From Mobula hypostoma (Eukaryota), in contig NC_086097.1 in NCBI RefSeq assembly GCF_963921235.1, forward strand, positions 80,726,001 through 80,790,000: 64,000 nt of DNA, given 5' to 3'. The notes under the pieces are model-generated. The model was not told where the DNA came from. It saw only the letters and a program-made list of their open reading frames with translations, and did no database searches. A program made the translations under genes and the position numbers. Below, piece by piece: positions 51,636 to 64,000 of this stretch (position 1 is its first letter; each line of letters begins with the position of its first letter).

Positions 51636-54346
51636 TTTAAGGTCCTGGTTAAAAGTGTATAAACGGACCCAAGTGCAAGACACAGACACTGAAGTACTAG
51701 GGACAGGACTAGGATACAGGGCGATGGCAAGGACATGGACAGGAAAACCAGGAACCTGGAACAGGACTGAACAAGGGAGCTAGGAGCCTGGGCTTGGAGT
51801 ACCTGGTTCTTGCCTCTGGCTCGGGCCCCAGAAATAGGCAAGGACGAGGCTTGGCAAGCAGGCAGGACAAGTCAGAAATCTACAGGCTTGAAGCTTGAGG
51901 CTAGAGGCTAAAGACTTGGCTTGGCTTGGCAGGAGGCTAGAGACTTGGCTTGGCAAGAGGCTAGAGGCAAGAGGCTGGAGTCTTTAGGCTTGAGGCTAGG
52001 CAAGATACGAGGCGAGGCTTGGCAGGAGACTGGAGACTTGAGACTAGAGGCTTGGCTGGAGGCTTGGGGCTTGGGACGGGGTGGTGCTGGAGGCTGGCGA
52101 CTTGGGGCGGGACGGTGCTGGAGGCTGGCGACTTGGGGCGGGACGGTGCTGGAGGCTGGCGACTTGGGGCGGGACGGTGCTGGAGGCTGGAGGCCGGAGG
52201 CTTGGGGCGGGGCGAGGCGGGAGGCCGCCGGCTTGGGGCGGGGCTGGAGGCTGGAGGCCGCCGGCTTGGGGCGGGGCTGGAGGCTGGAGGCCGCCGGCTT
52301 GGGGCGGGGCTGGAGGCTGGAGGCCGCCGGCTTGGGGCGGGGCTGGAGGCTGGAGGCCGCCGGCTTGGGGCGGGGCTGGAGGCTGGAGGCCGCCGGCTTG
52401 GGGCGGGGCTGGAGGCTTGGGGCGGGGCGAGGCGAGGCTGGAGGCCGGTGGCTCGGGGCCGGGCGAGGCGAGGCTGGAGGCCGGAGGCTGGGGGCCGGGG
52501 TCTCGCGGCTGGAGGCAGGAGGCCTGGGGCGAGGCGAGGCTGGAGGCAGGAGACCTGGGGCGAGGCGAGGCTGGAGGCAGGAGACCTGGGGCGAGGCGAG
52601 GCTGGAGGCAGGAGACCTGGGGCGAGGCGAGGCTGGAGGCAGGAGACCTGGGGCGAGGCGAGGCTGGAGGCAGGAGACCTGGGGCGAGGCGAGGCTGGAG
52701 GCAGGAGACCTGGGGCGTGGCGAGGCTGGAGGCAGGAGACCTGGGGCGAGGCGAGGCTGGAGGCAGGAGAGCTGAGGCGAGGCGAGGCTGGAGGCAGGAG
52801 ACCTGGGGCGAGGCGAGGCTGGAGGCAGGAGACCTGGGGCGAGGCGAGGCTGGAGGCAGGAGACCTGGGGCGAGGCGAGGCTGGAGGCAGGAGACCTGGG
52901 GTGAGGCGAGGCTGGAGGCAGGAGACCTGGGGCGAGGCGAGGCTGGAGGCAGGAGACCTGGGGCGAGGCGAGGCTGGAGGCAGGAGACCTGGGGCGAGGC
53001 GAGGCTGGAGGCAGGAGACCTGGGGCGAGGCGAGGCTGGAGGCAGGAGACTTGGGGCGAGGCGAGGCTGGAGGCAGGAGACTTGGGGCGTGGCGAGGCTG
53101 GAGGCAGGAGACTTGGGGCGAGGCGAGGCTGGAGGCAGGAGACTTGGGGCGAGGCAAGGCTGGAGGCAGGAGAGCTGAGGCGAGGCGAGGCTGGAGTCAG
53201 GAGACTTGAGGCGAGGAGAGGCTGGAGTCAGGAGACTTGAGGCGAGGAGAGGCTGGAGGCAGGAGACTTGAGGCGAGGCGAGGCTGGAGGAAGGAGACTT
53301 GAGGCGAGGCGAGGCTGGAGGCAGGAGACTTGAGGCGATGCGAGGCGAGGCTGGAGGCAGGAGAGCTGAGGCGAGGCAGGGCTGGAGGCAGGAGACGAGG
53401 CAAGGCAAGGCTGGAGGCAGGAGACGAGGTGAGGCGAGACTGGAGTCAGGAGACGAGGTGAGGCGAGACTGGAGTCAGGAGACGAGGTGAGGCGAGACTG
53501 GAGTCAGGAGACGAGGTGAGGCGAGACTGGAGTCAGGAGACGAGGTGAGGCGAGACTGGAGTCAGGAGATGAGGTGAGGCGAGACTGGAGTCAGGAGACT
53601 TGAGGCTTGAGGCGAGGCGAGGATGGAGGCAGGAGACTTGAGGACTTGAGGCGAGGCTGGAGGCTGGAGGCAGGAGACTTGGGACTTGAGGCGAGGCTGG
53701 AGGCTGGAGGCAGGAGACTTGGGACTTGAGGCAAGGCTGGAGGCAGGAGACTTGAGACTTGGCTCCTCCTGGGCAGGGCGCAGATCACCTGGGCAGGGCG
53801 TGGTTCTCCTGGGCAGGGCGCAGTTCACCACCCGACAGAGGAAAGGGAGAGGAAGTGGCAGAACCAACCCCAGGTAATGGCAAGACAGCTTGGCTTACCT
53901 GGGCGGAGGCAAGGGACAGGAAGGGACAGAACCAACCCCAGGTGACAGCAAGACGGCCTGGCTTACCTGGGCAGAGGCAAGGGACAGGAAGGGAGCTAGG
54001 TACAGGATGGCTCCAAGACCAGATAGGAAGACAAGGCAAGGCTACTGGCAAAGCAAGGCAAGGCAAGACAAGAACTTCAGGTGAGGCGAGAGTTACCAGC
54101 AAAACAAGGCAGGGCTTCAGGTGAGGAAACAGGAGGCAGAGCAAGGGATACAAGGAGTAAGGACAAGAACAATCCAGCAGCCATGCCTGGGTCTCTGAAG
54201 GTATTTATGCAGCCAGCCCCAATTAGCATCAGCTGCCTCAATTAGCTCAACAAAGACAGAAACAGGGTAGGAAGGAAAACCTGGAGCAAGGGTTGATGGA
54301 CCGGACCATGAACCGCAATATGGACTTCACGGACCGGACTATGACA
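51636..54346 (-). mobile_element. Solo LTR-like element inflated by minisatellites
   Basis: Minus strand begins TGTCA and carries gcagctg and cataaata (TATA-like, about 54202-54209). It ends ttgcacttgggtcc...ttaaa. Possible TSD taat/tgat. Confidence 0.7.
52068..53755. repeat. Compound G-rich minisatellite with consecutive blocks of 31-, 33-, 31-, 29- and 40-bp units
   Basis: Main unit is ggcgaggcgaggctggaggcaggagacctgg. The periodicity is visible in all reading frames. Confidence 0.97.
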
Positions 54347-55693
54347 TGATAATTACGTGACTATATGACCAGCCTTTATTCCAATACAGTGACAAAGCAG
54401 TAAAGAAAAAGAACACATTGGATGACCCATCAGAAACGTCATCAAAAGATTCAGTGGAGAACTACTCTTAGCCACTGCAAGGAATTTTGAAACTGGACAT
54501 TGCATAATTGCTGCTCTCCTGAATTCTCATAAGTTGGATGCAAAGGGTTTATCTCCCAATGGCCTGAAAGTTTGGGAATTCTGATCTGTAATACTATCAC
54601 CCTTGTTCCACAATTGAGACCCTACTGTCTATATGAAATTCAGTAATAACTTCTCCAAGGCTATCTTTCTCCTCCACTACAACAACGAAATATGCACTGA
54701 GGGGGGGAAGTTGTACTAATTTTTCCTCTTTTGTATTGCATTGGAACTACTCATCATCCTCCTTGTGTAAAATAGTTCAGGTGAGAATGGTTCTGTCTCT
54801 TTGACTTTATTATAGCCATTTAGTCCTGTGGCAGTTAAAATCTTACTACAGAGATGTAATATTGCAGATTTCAGATGATAAAAATTAGAAACAGCAGATG
54901 TTGCAAACACTCAACCCTGCCATAGGAAACAGTGCTGGCAACATCTGTGCAGAGAGAAACAAAGTAAATATTTCAGCTTGAATGAAAATGTTCAGAGAAT
55001 GCAGTTGCTGAACATCTGAAAGGAAAATAGAAAATGGGGTGGAAATACTCAGCTACTCAGGCTGCATATATTGGAAGAGAAACAGCCAATGGCTCCGGCT
55101 GAAGTCCCTGAAACTTTAACTCTGTTTCCCTTTGTGCTTGACCTGCTGAATATAATCAGCATTTGCTGTTTTTACTTGAAAACTTATTATTGTTTGCTTA
55201 TTTTGAGAACAATTCTTACTGGTCAGATTTATATCCTTATAATGGGACCTGAGAAAGAACAAAGGTCGAGCAAAAATGAAAAGTGTATTCCAGGATTTTT
55301 CTTTAAGAAGTCTCATAATACATATGAACACTGAATCTTTAGTCAGAATAGTACACTTGGGGAAGTGGTGTCATTAGCAAGACTAGCTCTTTAGTTGCCT
55401 CAGGAAACTGGTCAACATTTATAAAACCAAATTGCTTGATAGCCACTTCAGAAGGAGCCAAGATACTACCAGGCTTCTGTCGGGTACAGTCACCTGCAAA
55501 GGCCAAATTAGTCTAGGATTAAATTGCCTTCCAATAGTGAACCAGGTGGTAATGACTCCTATGAATGTTGAACAACTTGATGATCGTATTTGGATAAACA
55601 AATTTCCCATTCAATTGAAATTCATTTAGAATTCTTAAACTGCTATAGTGGGATCTGAACTTGTGGAGCCTTGGGAATTATGATGAGGTATGC

Positions 55694-58600
55694 CATAAGA
55701 CCATAAAACATAGGAGCAGAAGTTGGCTATTCAGCTCATTGATCTGATCCTGGATCCCATTCAACCCCACACTCCTGCCTTCTCACGATATCTCTTGATG
55801 CCCCGACCAATCAGGAAACGATCACCTTCCACTTTGAATATACCCACGGCCTTGGTCTCCACTGCAATCTGTGGTAGAGCATTCCACAGATTCACCACTC
55901 TTTGGCTAAAAAAATTCCCCCTTACTTCTATTCTAAAAGGTCACCCCTCAATTTTGAGGCTGTATCCTCTAGTTCTGAATAACCCTGCCATAGGAAACAT
56001 CCTCTCCACATCCACCTTATCTCGTCCTTTCAAAATTTGGTAGGTATCAATGAGATTCTGATGCATTCTTCTAAATTCCAGTGAGTACAGGCCCAAAGCT
56101 GCCAAATGCACCTCATCTGTTAACCTCTTCATTCCTGGAATCATTCTCGTGAACCTCTTCTGGACTCTCACCAATGACAATACATTCTTTCCGAGATAAG
56201 GGGCCCAAAACCTTTGACAATACTCCAAGTGCAGCCTGACTAGTGTCTTACAAAGCTTCAGCATTATCTCGTTGTTTTTATATTCTAATCCCCTTGAAAT
56301 AAATGCCAACATTGCATTTGTCTTCTTTACCACAGACTCAACCTGTGAATTAACTTTCTGGAAGTCTTACACAAGGACTCCTAAGTCCCTTTGCACCTCT
56401 TATGTTTGAATTTTCTCCCCATTTAGAGAATAGTCTGCATTATTGTTCTTGTTACCAAAATGCATTATCATACATTTCCCTACACCGTATTCCATCTGCC
56501 ACTTTTTTGCCTTTCATTGTTAATTGCATTGTTACCTCAGCACTACCTACCCCTCCACCTATCTTCATATCATCCACAAACTTTGCCACAAAACCATCAG
56601 TTCCACTACCTAAATCATTGGCAAATGATGTGAAAAGTAATGGTCCCAATACTGACCGCAGAGGAACACCACTAGTCACTGGAAGCCAACCAGAAAAGGT
56701 CCCCTTTATTCCCACTCGCTGCCTCCTGCTTGCAAGCCATTCTTCCATCTATGCCAGCATATTTCCTATAACACCATAGGATTTTATCTTGTTAAGCAGC
56801 TTCATCTAAGGTACCTTATCCAGTGCCTTTTGAAAATCTAAGTAAATGACATCCACTACTTCTCCTCTTTTCATCCTGCTTGTTACTTCCTGAAGAATTC
56901 TAACAGATTTGTCAGGCAAGATTTCCCTTTGGAGGAACCATGCTGAGTTCAACTTATTTTATCATTAGTCTCCAAGTACCCAAAACCTCATCCTTAATAA
57001 TGGACTCCAGCACTTTCCCAGCCACTCAGGTTAGGCTAACTGACCTATAAATTCCTCTTTTTTGTCTTCCTTCCTTCTTAAAGAGTGGAGTGACATTTGC
57101 AATCTTCCAGTCCTATGGGACCATGCCAGAATCAAGTGATTCTTGAAAGATCATGACCAATGCATCCATTACCTCTTCAGCAACCTCTGTCAGGACTCTG
57201 GGATGTAGTCCATCTGGTCCAGGTGACTTATCCACCTTAAGACCTTTGAGTTTGCCTCACACTTTTTCCTTTGTAATAGCAATGGCTTACAGATAGTGTC
57301 TTCCACAGTATAGACTGAAGCAAAGTACTTATTAATTTCATCTGTCATTTCTTTGTTCCCCATTACTACCTCACCAGCATCATTTTCCAGTGGTCCAATA
57401 TCAACTCTCACCCCCACTTTTACACTTTATATAACTAAAAAAATATTTTAGTATCCTGCATTATATTATCGGCTTGTTTGCCCTCATATTTCACTTTTTC
57501 CCGTCTTATGCTTTTTTTAGTTGCCTTTTGTTGGATCTTAGAAGCTTGCTAATCATCTAACTTCCCACTCCTTTTGCTATCTTATACGCCCTTTCCTTGG
57601 CTCTTACGCAGTTCCTAACTTCTTTTGTCAGCCTGCCTTTTGAGAACTTCTTCTTTTGTGGGACATATCTATCCTGCACCTTGTGAACTATTCCCAGAAA
57701 CTTCAGCCACCTCTGCTCTGCCATCATCCCCGATAGTACCCCCCTCCAATCTACCTGGGCAAGCTCCTCTCTCATACCTCTGTATTTCCCTTTATTCCAT
57801 TGCGATACTGATATGTCTGACTTATGCGTCTCCCTTTCAAATTGCAGTATCAATTCAATCATATTATGATCACTGCCTCCTAAGGGTTCCTTTACACTAA
57901 GCTCCCTAATATGATCCGGGTTATTACACAACATACAATCTAGGATAGCCTTTCCCAGAGTAGGCTCAAGGACAAGCTGCTCTAAAAAGACATCTCATAG
58001 GATGTCAACAAATTGCCTCTCTTGCGATCCGACACCAATGGGATTTTCCCAATCCCCTTGCACTTTGAAGTCCCCCAATCCAATGGTGCCATTGTGACGT
58101 TATCCTTATTAGATGGCCTTTCCAGTTCCCTTTGCAATCTCAACCCCACATCTTGACTACTATTTGAAGGCCTATATATGCTTCCCATAATGTTTCTTTT
58201 TACCTTTGCAGTTTCTTAACTCAACCCACAAAGATTCAACATTCTCTGACATTCTATGTTAGCTCTTTCTCAAGATGTAATTCCATCTCTTACTAATACA
58301 GCCACACCACCACCTATACCTTCCTGCCTGTCTTTCCATACAAAGTATATCCATTGATGTGAAACTCCCAACTATGACCTTCTTTCACCCATGACTCAGT
58401 GATCTTCACAATATCATACTGACCAATCTCTAACTGTGCCACGCGTTCGTCCACCTTATTCCAAATGCCACATGTATTTAAGTACAGCACCTTTGCCTTT
58501 ATGAATTTTGCCTCTGTGGTACAACTTAACTCTTTGCACTGTCCGCAGTTGTACCCAATCATTCCTGACATTCATTTTACATGTTACATTATCTACTTGT

Positions 58601-59935
58601 AAACCTGTTTGCTCATCCTCAGCTCTATTGTACTGGTTCCCACCCCCTGCTATATTAGTATAAACCACTCCCAACAGCTCTAGCAAACATGTCCACAAAG
58701 ATATTGGTCCCCCTCATATTCAAGGACAACCCGTCCCTTTTGCACAGGTCACACTTACCCTAGAAGAGGTCCCAATGATCTAGAAATATGAATCCCTGTC
58801 CCAGCTCCAATTCTTCAGCCACGCATTTATCCTCCACATTCTATTCCTATCCTCACTGTTACGTGTGGCACAGGCAGCAATCCCAAGATTACTACCCTTG
58901 AGGACCTGCTTCTCAGTTTCCTTCCTAACTCCCTGTTTTCTGTTTTCAGAACCTCCTCCCTTTTTCTACCTATGCCATTGGTACTAATATGTACCACGAC
59001 TTCTGGCTGCTCACCTGCCCTTTTCAGGATATCAAGGACATATTCAGAAACATCATGGACCCTGGCACCTGGGAGGCAAACTACCATCCTTGTTTCCTTT
59101 TTGCAACCACAGAATCGCCTAACGTCTCCCTGACTATAGAGTCCCCTATTACTGCTGCCAAACTCTTCAGTTCCCTACCCTTCTGAGCCACTGGGCCAGA
59201 CTCAGTGCCACAGGCACGGGTGCTGTTGCTTTCCCCAGGTACGTCATCCCCAACAACAGTATTCAAAATGGAGTACTTTTTCTTGAAGGGGATGGCCACA
59301 GGTGTGCTCTCCACTATCTGACGTTGTCCCTTCCCTCTCTTGGCAGTCACCCCCTTATCTGTCTCCTGTAACCTTGGGGTAACTACCCACCTGTAACTCC
59401 TGTCTATCACCTATTAACCTTACCTAACAAACCGAGGGTCATCAAGCTACAGCTCCAGTTCCCTAACACGGTCCCTAAGGAGCTGCATCTCGATGCACCA
59501 GGTGCAGATGTGGCCAGCGGGGAGACTGGTAGTTTTCTCGAAATCCCACGTCTGACACCCAGAGCAGAACACTGGCTCTGCAGACATACCCACTTATTCT
59601 CCCAAGAGTTAATCCATAGAAAAAGAAATAAGAAGTAAGGAATGAACTTACCTACTTAGCCTGCCTCTGCCTGTACTCACCGTGGCCCTGTTGAGCCAAA
59701 GCCTTACTACTCAGGCTGCTTCAACGATGACTGTTCTACTAGGTGACACCTCTCTTTTGCAGAGATTGTGTTTTTAAAGCTCTTTACCAGACTTGCAAGG
59801 GAACACTTTTGTTGCATCTGCGCAGTACTCCAATTGAAGACTCCCATTGAAAAACTTCCTGCTTTTTAAAGCTCTTCATCGGACCTGCATGGGAACACTT
59901 CAATTACATCTACACAGTGCTCCGATCGAAGACTC
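55694..59935 (-). mobile_element. Full-length, heavily decayed CR1 LINE of a second family
   Basis: ORF1 from ATG 59587 reads MSAEPVFCSGCQTW..CTWC..VRELEL, then VIGDSIVR and CLPGARV. ORF2 has ITESW, YRPS, SDHN and FVDD. (ttatggtc) tail. Confidence 0.92.
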
Positions 59936-60269
59936 GTGTCGATGCCAATAATTGAAGAGTCATTTAGAAGAGGAGGACCCAGAATTTACAGCAGGACCTC
60001 ACTATGTCTATGCCCTCCATTTTTAGGCCAGCAACCCAGCAGATTTTAAGCAACAAGTCCTCTTTCACAAAAATATCTTTCAGAAAGAAATGGGATTGGA
60101 GCAATTGTGGGCTGAGGAAGATCATAGATTATGAAGTGGTCATGGGTGAGGGAGAAATTGCAGGTCAGCAGAAATTGCAAGTCAGGAAAAGATTGTGGGT
60201 GAGAGCAATGTGTTCATCCCCTCAAGGGGCATGAAGAAGATTGTATGTCTGTGAGCTTGAAAATTGCTT

Positions 60270-60700
60270 AAACACAAGAGGTTCTGCAGATATTGGAAAT
60301 TCAGAGTATTGAACACAAAAGGCTGGAGAAACTCAGCAGGTCAAACAGCATCAATGGAGAGGAGTAAACAGTTGATGTTTCAAGCCGAGACCCTTCATCA
60401 GGACTGGAAAGGAAAGGGGAAGAATCCAGAGTAAGGAAGTGGGGGGAGGGGAAGGGGTACATGCTGGAAGGTGAAAGGTAAATTCAAGTGAGGGGCATGG
60501 TTGATGGAGGGGGACAGAGGATAAAGTAAGAAATATGGAGGAGATGGGTGGAAAAGGTAGAGGGCTGAAGAAGGAGATATCTGATAGGAGAGTGGACCAT
60601 GGGAGAAATGGAAGGGGAATGGTCACCAGAGGGGGCGTGATAAGCAAGAGAGGAGAAGAGAAGGGATAAGAAGGGAGCTAGAATGAGGAATTGAAAATTA
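60270..60700 (-). mobile_element. Penelope-like 3' end with a hammerhead motif (60369-60406)
   Basis: cagtc-CTGATGA-agggtctcggctt-GAAA-catc-aactg. Confidence 0.88.
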
Positions 60701-61749
60701 CTTGCTTGCCGGACTTAGCTATTCACAATTCTCTTCAGCTGCCTGGTTTTCAACGCCTCTTAAATCTCAGCATTCTATCAAAGTGCGTGCCTCACCAGTA
60801 TACGTATTTTCACGAGTGACCCACACTACAACCCAACTCTATTAAAGCTGGAATCAGGCTTGCATGAGGAGTCTGGTTTGTGGATTTCATGAAACCTGGA
60901 TATTTTATCATGGCAATCTGGTCAAGCCTGTGGATGATTGAGAACTGCAGAAGGATCAATGGATAAATTGAATTGCTAATGAAGTAACATAACCTATACA
61001 CCCTCGTTCGTATCAAAATTAAACACTTTACACTATTACAATTTCTTAGCAAATGTAAATATCAGTGCAGTCCTATTTTTAGCTGAAAAGCAATGCAAAT
61101 TATTTTCAGGTTTTAAGTTTTATCATGTTTGCTCTTGACATAATAATCATTCACCAAACATATTGGTGCTGCCTGCTTTACCTCATTGTAAATTAAAGCA
61201 GAATTTAATCTATTTTCTATTAGACTTCAAAACTAAGCTTAATTAGTATTGTCATTGCTCCTGCTTTTGTATTTTCTTTCTGTAATAGGAAAAGAAACAT
61301 AGAAAGAGAATTAAGCAGAAGTTTAATTACTGAATTCATGTCTGGAATTACCAAGCTGTTTATAATTCAGAACTAGTTGATTTCCGGAGCTTCACTTTAT
61401 ATAATATCTATTGGGTAAACACATATGCTTAATATCAAAAGTCCACTGGTGCTATTGGGACCAAAATATCAATGTTAAACCATGTCTCCAGAGTGGAAAA
61501 GCCCAATGATCCTAAATGCTCAGTTATATTGCAAATTAACTTGCTACTGAGATGACATCGATCCACTGCATTGTCACCTGCCACTGTATGGCAGGGCATT
61601 AAATAGAAAACAAATGTCAATAAGATCTTAGAAGTCAGAAAAACATCTGCTTCATAAAATATTCCTCATTTTTCCTTCTGTTTCACAGACCATTTCAGTA
61701 ATTAGCAATTAGCTATGAGAAGTTCCCCATGTGAAGAGCCAGGTGAGAT

Positions 61750-62050
61750 AATGGTCATAGAGTAATGCAACATGGAAACAGACCTTTCCAACCAAATCTT
61801 CCATGCCGACCAAGATGCTAATTCCACTTGCTAGTATTGACCCAAATCCCTCCAAACCTTTCCTAACCATGTACCTGTCCAATTTCTTAAATATTGTTAC
61901 TGCATTAACCACTTCCTCGGGCAGCTCATTCCATATAAGCTGCATCCTCTGCATGGAAAAGTTACACTTCAGGTTCCTTTTAAATCTTTCCCTTCTCACC
62001 TTAAACCTTTGCCCTCTAGTTTTTGATTCGCTTTCTCTGAGAAAGAAAAA
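61750..62050 (-). mobile_element. Old CR1 3' fragment
   Basis: RFKRNL..FSMQR..IWNELPEEVV...FKKLDRYM. Confidence 0.85.
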
Positions 62051-62970
62051 GAAAAGATAGATTCCTCGATCCCAAAAGGTGATAGGTGAGGCCTCTACTT
62101 ATACCACACCAACATAAATGGAAAACCGGTCAAGGATTGTTTTGGAGCATTGTTACATTTAAGAACATCTTTTGGTCAAGAATTATTTTCTTCGAATTGT
62201 ATTGATTTTGTAATAATTTAAAATGAGCTCACTAAATTTGAAGAGAATCACCTCAGCAACATGAGGTTTGGAAGTGAGTGGAACTGCTTTGAGGTCCCAT
62301 GTGCCATCACGTGGAATATCGCTCCCCCATAAGGTCACTTAGTAGGAATCCACTCAGCCTTACAGCACTGTAGTGATTATACCCAAGCAAAAAGTATCCG
62401 TTGCCAAGAGCCTCTAACCAGGGGTGGTGTTCAGCTTGAAATGACTAGCCCTTTTAAAGAAAGTAGTTGGTGGTTAAGCCTTTAGCTTGCTGTGCAACAT
62501 GAAGTTATAGAGTAAAGGAATATATATATTTTGGGGTCAGCCATCCTTTCTACAAGGCAGATATGGGCCTCTTCAGTTGAATAGGAGTATCAGCCTGATC
62601 CAGTGTGAAATATGGAACCATACAGTGACTGTTGCATAAGAGAAAACATTAATTTGAGGCTGTGAAGAATGTTTTATTTGCCGCAAGGAAAGCCTAAATT
62701 TAATCAGAATTAAGCGAGATTTTCTGCAATTTTTTTCTGTACATTTAATCATTCTCTGCTCTATAAAGCAGTCTGGTGATAAGCACTTTGCCTCTTCATT
62801 ATCTATCTGAATGATCTCAGTTGGCAGAAGCCTGGCACAGATGGTACAGAGCTGGCAGAATGTACACCTCTGTGTACAAGAAGTGGATCTGTCCATCTTA
62901 AAACTGTTTGGGCTGAGATTTTGAAAAGAAAAAAAAAATCATTTTGGCTACTTGTTTATCATTGTACTTA

Positions 62971-63512
62971 CATTCTGTGGCCACTTTATTTAGCACCTCT
63001 TATACCTAATAAAATACCCACTGTGTATGTTTGTGGTCTTCTGCTGCTGGAGCCCGTCCACCTGAAGGTTTGACGTATTGTGCATTCAGCACACCATTGT
63101 TATAACATGTCATTATTTGAGTTACTGTCACCTTCCGGTCAGCTTGAACCAGTCCCGACTTTCTGCTCTGACCTCTCTCATTAATAAGGCATTTTCACCC
63201 ACAGAACTGCTGCTCGCTGGATGCTTTGTTTCTCGCACCATTCCCTGAAAAACCTTAGAGATTGTTGTGCATGAAAATACCGGAGATCAGCAATTTCTGA
63301 AGTACTCAAACCACCCCTTCTAGCACCAAGAATCATTTCATGGTCAGATTCACTTAGATCACATTTCTTCCCTATTCTGCTGTTTTGTCTGAACAACTGA
63401 ACCGTTCGACTATGTCTAAATGCTTTTATGCCTTGAGTTTCTGCCACATGATTGGCTGGTTAGATATTTGCATTAGTGAGCAGGTGTACCCTAATAAAGT
63501 GGCTACTGAGTG
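62971..63512 (-). mobile_element. Non-autonomous Tc1-like transposon
   Basis: TA-flanked TIRs cattctgtggccactttatt / aataaagtggctactgagtg. HTH remnant GKKCDLS..MILGARRGGLSTSEIADL. Confidence 0.88.
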
Positions 63513-64000
63513 TATGTTACTATCAGATGACTGAATATCAGAGATGTTTAAAGGTTAACTTATATATTAACCCAAATACTGTGCATTTTGTCTAAAATTT
63601 ACTGAGATCAGAGTGCATTATGGAAAATGGCCTCCGATGTAAACTTTGTGGCTGATGTGTGATCCTTGTGTGCAAAGTTAATAAACACCACATACTCTTA
63701 GGGAAATCAGCAATGGTTTAAGATTGTTTCTGCCTCTGTGTTCCCTTTGTGAAAGAAATTAAACTTGCCACTCTTAAGTCACCTCTACAACACATTTGGA
63801 AGAGAAAATTTCTTCACAGCTAGAAGATACGCAGGACACAATCCCAGTACAAACTTACAACAATGCAACTCCCAAGCTCCTTGAGATCTTGATAGGATGC
63901 CTCTGACTTCAGACCAATAAGTAAGGCTGGGCTTGACCTTATTCACTTATTGCCTGCCTGGATCTTCCATTGAATAATGAAAAACAAGTTCTATAATTGG

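Noticed and set aside
51921..53490. Long overlapping Gly/Arg/Trp- and Pro/Ser-rich ORFs (284-454 aa)
   Set aside because: They are open in most frames on both strands only because the minisatellite units lack stop codons.
52068..53755. CRISPR-like array of ~30-bp repeats
   Set aside because: Units are head to tail with no unique spacers, there are no cas genes and the context is eukaryotic.

Overview
Repeat-dominated eukaryotic DNA with no recognisable intact host gene. The element families suggest a cartilaginous fish, probably a ray (inference). It contains two full-length but disrupted CR1 LINEs plus CR1 fragments, several Rex1/Babar-like LINEs and many Penelope-like 3' ends carrying minimal hammerhead ribozyme motifs. 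There is also a 5'-truncated Hero/R2-like LINE, a decayed full-length Gypsy element, three solo LTRs (one inflated by a layered minisatellite), and hAT, Tigger and Tc1 derivatives. Two observations stand out. (1) The Hero element 3' UTR (30522-30585, minus strand) holds a complete hammerhead ribozyme core whose three strands are in a non-canonical, pseudoknotted order matching none of types I, II or III. (2) An intronless RBM25 retrocopy is fused at a microhomology to a Gypsy 3' end with PPT and LTR. Repeat boundaries are approximate unless a TSD or TIR is quoted.
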